From contig NW_027361797.1 of NCBI RefSeq assembly GCF_039654945.1, positions 1,116,001 through 1,180,000 on the forward strand: DNA of 64,000 nucleotides. Direction: 5' to 3'. Below the pieces are notes generated by a model. It was not told where the DNA came from. It worked only from the letters and a program-made list of their open reading frames with translations, and did not search any database. The DNA comes from Dendrobates tinctorius. Its lineage: Eukaryota. Each line of letters begins with the position of its first letter. The stretch's first letter is position 1. Below, in pieces: positions 51,801-61,189 of this stretch. The position numbers and the translations under genes are program-made.

Positions 51801-52605
51801 ATATCACGTCTATGGCTGGCACAGACACATACTGGATAGCTGGGACTATATGGCGAGGGCGGCCATTGTGTATCTAATGTGTAAGGCTATTACTTAGGTG
51901 AGGCAGCCGTGCAGCCCCATGATGCCACTGGTGACCTTGCTTTATATCAAGTCTATGGCTGGCACAGACACATACTGGATAGCTGGGACTATATGGCGAG
52001 GGCGGCCATTGTGTATCTAATGTGTAAGGCTATTACTTGGGTGAGGCAGCCGTGCAGCCCCACGATGCCACTGGTGACCTTGCTTTATATCACGTCTATG
52101 GCTGGCACAGACACATACTGGATAGCTGGGACTATATGGCGAGGGCGGCCATTGTGTATCTAATGTGTAAGGCTATTACTTGGGTGAGGCGGCCATGCAG
52201 CCCAAGGATGCCACCGGTGACCTTGCTTTATATCACGTCTATGGCTGGCACAGACACATACTGGATAGCCCGGACTATATGGCGAGGGCGGCCATTGTGT
52301 GAGGCTGTTACCACGGCACCAACGCCCTGACGGGGTGTAACGCAGATCATACGGCACATGAGATCTTTACACAAGAGGCTGAGAACACAATCGCTCCCGC
52401 CATCCTTCGCTTTGCATTGATTGGATGGATCCAAAGACGTCGCCGACGCAGGATGCGCTTTCTTGCTTCCTCCTTGTCCCGAACAATCATTGCCAACAGA
52501 CTGTCCTCAAGAGCAAAATCCACACATATCCTCGCAATGTTCGCCAGAACTTCTTCCATCTCTGCCACTTGCTCTACAACCTTTCAAAGATGGGGTGCTA
52601 AAACA

Positions 52606-52641
<36 letters not shown>

Positions 52642-53132
52642 TCCAGGAGCCAATCACGTTTTGGGAGCCTCCCATCTGGCTTTTGAAAAAACGGATCCGT
52701 CAAAAAAACGGAAGAAACGGATGGAAAAACCGGATACAACGGATCCGTCGAAAAAACAGATCCCTTGCATCAGTTTTTCACTACTTTCGACGGATCAGTC
52801 GCGACAACGGATTTTGACTGACGCCAAAAGACTAAAGTGTGAAAGAAGCCTTATACTGAGGCAGAGTAGTGGGGGCCTAGGAAGCAGAGCGCTGCAGACA
52901 CAGGGGCCCCGTGGTCTCTGGTCACCGCTACTGACTGTTGCTAGGCAACAAACCTGCCGTGGACATTCTATTACGCATTCACTGGGAAGCCGGTGAGGCT
53001 ATAAACTCGCCCCACACTGACCTTGCGGTTGATATTGTGCACATAGGGGCAGGTATTGCAGGCGAACCGATAGCACTTCTGCCCCTCCTCCACAATCAGC
53101 ACATTCCCACAAGTTGGGCAGAACAGCAGCAT
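48856..53132 (-). CDS. POLR3K: RNA polymerase III subunit RPC10/C11, 108 aa, 3 exons
   Basis: Exons 53132-53022 (MLLFCPTCGN...NRK), 50007-49920 (VTSRKYPKLKEVDDVLGGSAAWENVDSTA) and 48983-48856 (EPCPKC...QTRSADEPMTTFYKCC...RWRD*). GT-AG junctions, 327 nt in total, two zinc ribbons and the TFIIS-like RSADEP motif. Confidence 0.97.
49080..49640. repeat. 63-bp minisatellite in POLR3K intron 2
   Basis: CCCAGCCTGGCTACATGGCATTCACACGGCTATTCCAGCCAGCCCGGCTACGCGGCTAATCCA repeated with 63-bp spacing (49421, 49484, 49547). Confidence 0.9.
50184..50599. mobile_element. Fully palindromic Harbinger-type MITE in POLR3K intron 1
   Basis: GGCTACTTTCACACTTGCG...CGCAAGTGTGAAAGTAGCT with a TCA TSD; the arms are complementary over about 175 bp. 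Confidence 0.85.
51037..52300. repeat. 143-bp tandem repeat (about 9 units) in POLR3K intron 1
   Basis: Near-identical units; the ORF track repeats at 51179, 51322, 51465 and 51608. Confidence 0.93.
52320..52850 (-). mobile_element. Harbinger transposon end with the N-terminal transposase fragment
   Basis: Terminus GGCTTCTTTCACAC next to TAA on the minus strand; MEEVLANIAR...RRRRLWIHPINAKR resembles the N-terminus of Harbinger transposases. Confidence 0.6.
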
Positions 53133-53430
53133 GCCGCCAGCACGCCAGGACCGGACCCGGCACACCGCGCCACTTCCGCCAATACTTCGGCCGTGGTGAC
53201 GTATTTCCGCCCTCCGATCATATGCTGTTTCCGCCAGCTGTATGACGTGTATCCGCCCACAGGTCACGTGTTGCGATGTATTTCCGGTGGTCACTGTTAA
53301 GCTCTCTATGAAGCATGATGCTTAGTGACAGAAGTCAGACAGCTTCCCGTGCTGTGTAGCCGGTGAGTGGGCGCCATGTTTGTGTTATACCGGTGCGTTA
53401 CTGCTCCTTGTGCTGTAGAGGGCGCTCAGC
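53133..53430. promoter_or_regulatory. Bidirectional CpG-rich promoter of POLR3K/SNRNP25 with a probable non-coding first exon of SNRNP25
   Basis: Repeated TTCCG ETS/GABP-like motifs, TGACGT half-CRE sites, GGTCACGTG E-box (about 53262-53270), donor CG|GTGAGT at 53362, YY1-like CGCCATGTT at about 53372, and a matching acceptor TTTTAG|G at 54797. Confidence 0.7.
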
Positions 53431-53519
53431 TGGATGAGCCTGACATCTAATGTTCTCTATCAGCCATTGCGGTGTGGGTGACATTGCCTCTCACCTTCTG
53501 ATAGAAGACAAGGAATTAA

Positions 53520-54530
53520 TAAAGATCTTTATTTATATAGCGCCAACATATTCCGCAGCGCTTTACAGTTTAACAGTTTCAAAACACAAGTCATAAGTAA
53601 CAACGTTAACAATAATACAATAATTAAAGCAAAATAAGACGACCCTGCTCGTGAGAGTCTACAATGAGGTGGGGGAGATACAAAGTACAGGTGTGTATTT
53701 ACAATGGTGTATTTACAATGATGGTCCGGCCATCTTGAGGGAGGGAGTGATGGATGGAGATAGTGGATGGGCTACACACACACACTTGCACATAAAATGA
53801 CTGATTAGTGAGCATGATAGGCCGCTCTGAATAGATGTGTTTTGAGAGAGCGCCTGAAACTATGCAAATTGTGGATAGTCCTAATTTCTTGGGGTAGAGC
53901 ATTCCAGAGGATTGGCGCAGCGCGGGAGAAGTCTTGGAGTCGGGAGTGGGAGGTACGGATTAGTGCAGAGGTTAGTCGAAAGTCGTTTGCAGAGCGCAGT
54001 GATCGTCTAGGCCGAAAGACAGAAATGAGGGAGGAGATGTAGGGGGGTGCCGCACTGTGGAGAGCTTTGTGGGTGAGAACAAGTACTTTGAATTGGATTC
54101 AATAATGAATGGGCAGCCAATATAAGGACTGGCGAAGAGCGGACACGTCCGAGTACCGATTAGCCAGATAGATGACTCTGGCTGCTGCATTAAGTATGGA
54201 CTGGAGAGGGGAAAGTCGAGTAATGGGGAGACCAATTAATAGAGCGTTGCAGTAATCCAGGCGGGAATGGATCAAATGCTACAGTGAGGGTTTTTGTTGC
54301 TTTCATGGTGAGAAAAGGGCGAATTCTGGAGATGTTCTTTAGGTGTAGGCTGCAAGAGATTGTATATGGAATGTGAAGGAGAGATTGGTGTCAAACATAA
54401 CACCCAGACAGTGCGTCTGCTGCCGGGGTGTTATTATGGTGCCACCCACGGAGAGGGAAATGTCAGATTTAGGGAGGTTAGTAGATGGCGGGAGCAGAAG
54501 AAGTTCCGTTTTTGAGAGGTTACTGTCACT
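53520..54530 (-). mobile_element. L2-clade LINE 3' fragment in the first intron of SNRNP25
   Basis: RT C-terminal motifs (NLSKTELLL, CLGVMFDTNLSF, LNAAARVI, WLPIH) and the 3' tail TGTAAAGCGCTGCGGAATATGTTGGCGCTATATAAATAAA. Confidence 0.85.
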
Positions 54531-54812
54531 CATTGAGAGTGACAGAGCGGCCATCACTCCCCCACCGGGCCACCGTTCTCCACCTGCCGGACTCTGTGTG
54601 TACTTAGGATGTCACATGTCTGCTCCGAAAGTGGGTAACAAGTGACGAGGGCCTGCTGATCGCTGTGCTAGCGCTGCTCGACGGCGTCTCTGATGGATCT
54701 CATGGCTCCGCCGGCCCATTGGTGCAGTATTGGGGTCCTAGCAGGAACCCCCAGGACCGAGTCTGAGCCTCACCAATAAAGATCTTGTCTCTTTTAGGAA
54801 ATAGAAGTAAAT

Positions 54813-57800
54813 ATGAATTCGGAGGACGAGGGCGATCCCAACCATTTGGGAGGTGAAATCAAAGAGGAAGATGCGGAGGAGGAGCTGCCACATGCGGAAG
54901 TCATAGACATATTCCAGGAGGGTCTCGCAATGTTGGTCCAGGACCCTCTGCTGTGTGACCTTCCCATACAGGTACGGCGAGGCTTGTGGTCTCCTCTGAT
55001 AACAGATGCTTAACAGGCCGGGGTGCACAACTGTTTCTAATCCCAGGGCCACATTGTCAGATTGGATCAATTCCTGAGGCCTCAGTAAAACCTAAATTAT
55101 GATCTGGGACATTTACCAAATATTGTAGTTAAATGCCACAAATGTCAGATGTGCAAGTTACAGGACTCCCACATACCAGGAAGCTGAGTAGCTGCCTTCT
55201 TGCCATCCCAAACTGTGCTTATAGGGGATCCGTCTACTGGGTCATGCTGCCCAAACTGCAAGCAGCACGGATCACAGCCTTGCAAGGGACCTGTGAATCA
55301 CCTTGAGCGGTACTGGGAAGAGCCGGCCAGGGGCAGCGCTGGACCCTGCTTGCCTACGCCTGGGAGTGATTACAGCCGCACTCTCCATAACTGATCAATG
55401 ACTGAAAATGAGCAGGGACAGGGAGAATAAATTGTCATTTTCTCCCTGTAGCTGCTCCAGTAAGGCAGGCAGACATGATTCAAATGCTATTTACATGCAG
55501 ATGAGCACTATATCTGCAGGGAAACAGCAGTTTAGGAGCTGACTGGTGCACTTTTTTTTTTTTTTTTTTACAGTCTTTAAATGCGTTTTCCATGATTAGA
55601 AAAAAGTTGATACAATATAATATCACTTTACCTTTTCCATTGTGTTTACTGATGATTGACCTCTCCCTTTTTTAATTGCAGGTTACGTTAGAAGAAATAA
55701 ATTCCCAAATTGCACTTGAATTTGGTCAAGCAATGACCGTCCGGGTGTGTAAAGGTGACGGGGAAGTGATGCGTAAGTGTTAAACCAGAGCAGCGACCAT
55801 TTGTGTTACACTTCTAACACAATGGAATATTTGGGCAGTTTTACAATGTCCAATATTATAAAACCCCAAACTGAACAGATGCGGTGTGAGTCTTCATTTA
55901 AATATGTCCAGCATATATTGGTATCTCTCTAATCCAGGTAGTGACGCCCAGACAGTGACGGCAGCATAACAAAGGCTCAGCCTTCAAATATTCAAAGCTG
56001 GACCAGGAGTGTACATACATAAAAATCCAAGGACCTCATAGAAAAAGTCCTAAGGATAGGTCCTCAGTGATAAAGTAGTGGACAGCATTGTTTAAGCTCC
56101 TGATTCGTTCCTCTAGGGTAAATCTTCAGGGTGATAACCGGGTGAGATTGTACCACTTTTTACTATGCACTGTTATATCTCTTTACACCCCATTTTTTTG
56201 TTTGTTTTCGCTTAATTTAGTACCTGTCTGAGCTTAGCTCCTTTTTAATGGTATTATTAAAAGTAAAACTTTAGTTTATCTTGATATTCTCTCTCCCTGC
56301 TACTTTGATATATATAATGGTTTGAGAGATCAGTATCACTGTTATTGGTTGAGACCCCTGACTGATTCATAAAGAGCAGTTACCTGTAGTCTTTATTTCT
56401 CTTCTGTGAATAAAGCAAACGGGATTCACAGAAGATTATACTTTTTTTTTTTTGGCATTTCAAGTTTGCTTTATACATTACATTAAAAATGAGTTCAGTC
56501 TGTGATCCCCCTCCAGTATCAGTGACTCTGCTGGGACACAGCTACAACCCTCTTACCACAGGGCTGTTTTATTAAAACCGCTGTACCTTGTAGTATAAGG
56601 ATTCACCACTAGAGGGCAGTGAAGGCCAACAGCGGATGTGTATACACAATGTAAGGGCCAGAACATCGCCGCTCTGCAGGCTGTCAGTGGCCTCTGCCAA
56701 GGCTGCAGATTGTCTTCTATTCACTAGAATGGGCGAGAATCTGCAGCGGTCACTACACACTGTGGAGTTCTGCTCCTTACATTACAAGCCCACACAGACA
56801 TGAGAAGAACATGCTAGATGCATGCAGATATTATTTGCTTTTTTTCTTATCACATATTTGTAGCTTTTTAGGAAACCCTATCCTAGAGGTCAGGGTGATA
56901 CAATAACACAATCACATGAGTGTACTAGATAAACAAGACTAAATTGTAAGTTACTTTGCTGCATTTCAGAATATAGTAGGCAACTGCTTAGGTAGTGATT
57001 CCTCCCATTAGGTATCAGAACAACCCGAAAATATCCGCACACGTGCCGTGGGCACCCACCATGACGCCTGCACTGTACAGGCTTGTAGAACACACAGCTT
57101 CATAATGTAATCCCTCGGAGAATAGGGATTATTTCCTAACTGTAGAAGTCCAGGGTGGTATCAGTAATTGATCCCGTTCTGTCCTATAGGGCAGTGACTG
57201 CACAGAAGTACATGTGTGACTGAGGCTCTTATGTACTGTGCTACATCGCCATCTGCTGGTAAACCTGTGTAGTACTGGCGGTGTGGATTTTGCAACATAT
57301 GGTACAAAATCACTAAACTGCAAAGCAACTAAAAGAGGACTAAAAATCCTCCAAAAACTATCAGAAAACAGCAGAAAGAAGGCAGTGATGTTTACCTGCC
57401 CAGGCCTCCAGACAAATGCACTATCAGGGAGCAGCAGACCCATGTAATTAAGATGGCGGTAACACAGGTGCAGAAATACTGATGAAACAACCACTCTCTG
57501 CCTATCAATCCATGGAGGAGGTGGTTGCCTAGTATGTTATTGCTCAATAAAGACTTGTATGTGGCGCTGTTCACACAATGGTCATTCACAGCATCTGGTT
57601 TACAGCCTATTAGTGACACCCTTCTATTAACTCAGGCGGGCTGCCCAGCGCTATCCAGATGCATCCTATGTGAACAGACACCACAGTTTACAAGACTATA
57701 TTGGCCCAACTGCACCCTGAATAATAAAGTGCAGAAAAATACATATAAAAATGAGGTATTAGTCGATATTTTGGTCAAGATATGCAAGCTCGCAACCCAC

Positions 57801-60214
57801 GTCAAGAGTCCTCGCGCTTGTGAGTCCTAACACTAAACAGCAAAGTAACTAAAAGAGGACTGAAAATCCTCCAGAAATTCTCAAAAACCAGCAGAAACAA
57901 GGCAGTGATGGTTACCTGCCCAGGCAATAACATACTAGGCAACCACCCATGGATTGGTAGGCCAAGAGTGGTTATTTCATCAGTATTTTTGCACCTGTGT
58001 TACCGCCATCTTAACTACATGGGTATGCTGCACTTTGACAGTGCGTTTTTGTGTAGGCCTGGTCAGGCAAACGTCGCTGCCTTCTTTCTGCTGGTTTTTG
58101 AATATGGTACTTTTGCATCATTCTATACATTTTGTATCTCTACATTTTATGTACTTTTTTCTTGCAGCTGTAGTTGTTATCCAGAATGCCACAGTTCTAG
58201 ATTTAAAGCGAGGAATCCAGCGCTACGTTCAGCTAAAGCACCAGAGGGAAGGAGGAATACAGCACATCAGCTGGTGAGTGCTGTAGTATATTTTGTGTGT
58301 TCTTTGTGGATCGGTGTGATGTGATATGTGATGACTGACGCACATTTCCCTATTGCTAGGAAATATGTCTGGAAAACTTATCAGTTGTCCTTTTCTGGAG
58401 AGAAGCTGGATAATGATGAAAAAAGTCTTCGGGAGTAAGTTCAGTCCATTCTGCTGTGTGCGGAGCTGAGATGGGTCACAGTGATGTTCTCTTTCCTTAT
58501 ACAGGCAGTCCCTGTGTTGCCAGATAGAGACATTCTGGATATGATGGCCACCCATTGCACATATGATCCTCTTCTTTCTGGCATCAGGCGTTCCGCATCT
58601 CCGGCCTCTTCACTATAGGCCTGGGCTTCAGTCCCCGTCCATGCGGCAGCTCACTGCACATCATAAGGCTGCAATGACGATGTGACCTTATGACTCTCGG
58701 TTATCTCCTGCTTGGACACGGCTGGGAGCCTGACCTTTAATGAAGAGCCCGAAGATGCAGCACAGTGAAAAGAAGATTTGATGGTGGCTGGAGAGGTCCG
58801 CAGTGAGGACAGTATGTTAGTGGGGGGGGCGGTTTCAACATCCGATATTCCTATCTAGACGTCCCATGTAAGTCAGATGTTTGTAAGTTGGGACTGCCTA
58901 TTTTTTTTTTTTTTTATATAGGTTTCAGTGTCCTCCTCTTTACTACTGTCAGGTTAATTAAGGACTTAATTCCAAGAGGGAGAAATGGGGTTTACAGTAT
59001 ATGACCCAATTCATAGCACAAGTATATAACATGAGGACCTTGTGAGGGCCTACCTTCTACTAGAGAAGGAGACAGTGGGTGGCAAGACTAGTGGCTCACG
59101 TGGCCATGCTGTGGCAGCAGGGTTCATGTAGCTTACCGGCTTTTTTATTCTAGAGATGGGATCTGCCCAGTTAGGGATCAAGTGCAGAGTATGGTGGTGG
59201 CACGGGGGAATCTTAGAGAAGACAAGAAAAACAGAGGTCTTATGAGGACGGGAGATAACATAGGAGGAGATTCGGTCACAGATTGCTGCTTTGTGAGCTG
59301 TTGTCAGTACTTTCAACTGAATTCTTTGGACGATGAATGATGAGAGAAGGGATTGGAAGAGGAGCAACAAGGGGAGAGGTGGATTGGAGTGGTGTGTGGA
59401 GCCATTTCTGTAAATGAGAGGTCTGGATGGAGGGAGGAATAAAGAATTTGGTTATCTGCCAAAGCAGAGGGGTGAGATCTCGGACTAAAAGGTAAATTTG
59501 CAGTAAAAGAGGTAATGCATGCAATTCTGAGAGCTGTCCTCTGCCAATAGTAAGGCTAGAGAAGATTAAGAGCCCCAGGGCAGAGTCTTGAGGGCCACAG
59601 ACGAGACAGACGTGGTGTGTGAGTGATGGACACTGAGGACTTGATTCATTGTTACACCTGTTTTTTGGTTAGTTTTGAATGTTTATCATGTTTTTGCTTT
59701 GCTCAAATTGTTTTTTTAGTTTTTGCCTTTTTTGTCATCTATTTTATGTTTTCCTAATGTTCAGTACTGTGAGCGGGGTTTGGGGTTTCTGGATATTTTC
59801 AACTGATTCATCAATTTTTAAAAAAGTCTCAACATTATGTAAATGTGCTGCAGTTTTCCCCTGGATTCGTTTTCTTTTGTGTTTCTGAAAAACTTTAGCG
59901 GAACAAGTGACTTTTTAGTTGCAAAAAAAGGTTAAAGGAAAAAATAAAAAGCATTTATGATTTGGCACAAAGTTCATGAACCACGTGCATCATATTGACG
60001 AATTGGGCACAAGAAATGTAAAGAAAAAAATATGACTTTAAAACCATCTTCCAAATGATGAATCGGGCCCTAAACGTCAGTTGTTGAGGTTTGGCGCTTT
60101 AGTGAGATGCGGCTATGTTATACTTAATGACTGAACTATTTGATGTCTTTTAGGTACGGGATTAAAAATCGGGATGAAGTGGTTTTTATTAAGAAACTGA
60201 AAAAGAAGTACTGA
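54813..60214 (+). CDS. SNRNP25: U11/U12 snRNP 25 kDa protein, 163 aa, 5 coding exons
   Basis: Exons 54813-54971, 55682-55772, 58168-58273, 58360-58434 and 60154-60214. All GT-AG and in frame (492 nt): DIFQEGLAMLVQDPLLCDLPIQ|VTLEEINSQIALEFGQAMTVRVCK...ISWKYVWKTY...EYGIKNRDEVVFIKKL. Confidence 0.96.
56606..56619 (+). promoter_or_regulatory. CTCF consensus motif
   Basis: CCACTAGAGGGCAG matches CCASYAGRKGGCR; binding is not demonstrated. Confidence 0.45.
57247..57259 (-). promoter_or_regulatory. CTCF consensus motif
   Basis: Minus strand CCAGCAGATGGCG matches CCASYAGRKGGCR; binding is not demonstrated. Confidence 0.45.
59040..59620 (-). mobile_element. Old L2-like LINE fragment
   Basis: Eroded RT pieces (QRIQLKVLTTAHKA; QIYL...DLTPLLWQITK; a PQDSALGLLIFS-like motif). 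Confidence 0.5.
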
Positions 60215-61189
60215 TTGGGTCAGTGGCATTACATCTAGTTCCCTTGTGAAGGATTTTGTCATTACGTAGATATATCTGTAAATATTACAGTTTCGGTAGC
60301 ATTTTTACTGATGGTAACGCCTGCAGGACCTATAGAAAAACCCTATGGAGAAGAGGAACAGATTCCAGCAGGACTCACGAAGCTTAGGGTCATAGTGCTT
60401 GTGATAAAACATGGCATAGCACTCGGCCCAGTGTTATTCTATGGGACAGATTAGATTATTTTCTCATGCTGATTTGGCATGAGAGAACGATGGCAGAATG
60501 CAGCGAGTGCATCTGAGAATTGGATCACACGCACCCATACGAGACTATGGGTGTGTGTAAAATATTGGACTGCACTCAGATGTCATCCCAGTGTAGTCTG
60601 ATATACACAGAGTCAGGCCATGGAGGAAATTACTTTCTCCATCTCCTCCACACCTGTGCTCTGATTGAAGAGGATGACACTCGGATCACACTCACCGCAA
60701 GAGCCGAGGGTTATTAGCATCTCGCATCGGGTGCCATACGCTAGTCTGTTTCCAGCCTCGTAGTAATAATTCAGCCTGTTTCACTTGCATCACGGGGAAA
60801 CACTTGTAGCCAAGCAGAAGCAAGCGGTCTGCAGACCGGACACTGAATAAATGGACTTGACGGCGTCTCTACCTGGACAATGACTATAGCCGATGTCATG
60901 AACATGCCTTTGTATGTAAATTGTATGCTTGTGCTAGGCAGCCATGATCCACCTGGTATTCTTATTTCCATCGTGTTCTTTGAATAAACGTTGAATTAAG
61001 CCCAATTTATACTAGGCCTGGTTGACTTTAGAATATATACAATCATATATATTGATGGATGACAAAGCACGGACCCCGCTGATGTCTGCCGATCTTTTAT
61101 TGATTGCAGATGTCCTTTTCACAGTCTTGTATAATAAAAATTCACAAATGTTTTTATAATTTATTTTGTCTGTGTACAGCTAGGCTTTA

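Noticed and set aside
51051-52330. Series of near-identical 84-97 aa ORFs resembling a tandem gene family
   Set aside because: A by-product of the 143-bp repeat inside POLR3K intron 1; no promoter, splice or domain evidence.
52347-52568. Nested host gene such as HARBI1 in the POLR3K intron
   Set aside because: Short, frameshifted, lacks the catalytic domain and sits beside a transposon terminus.
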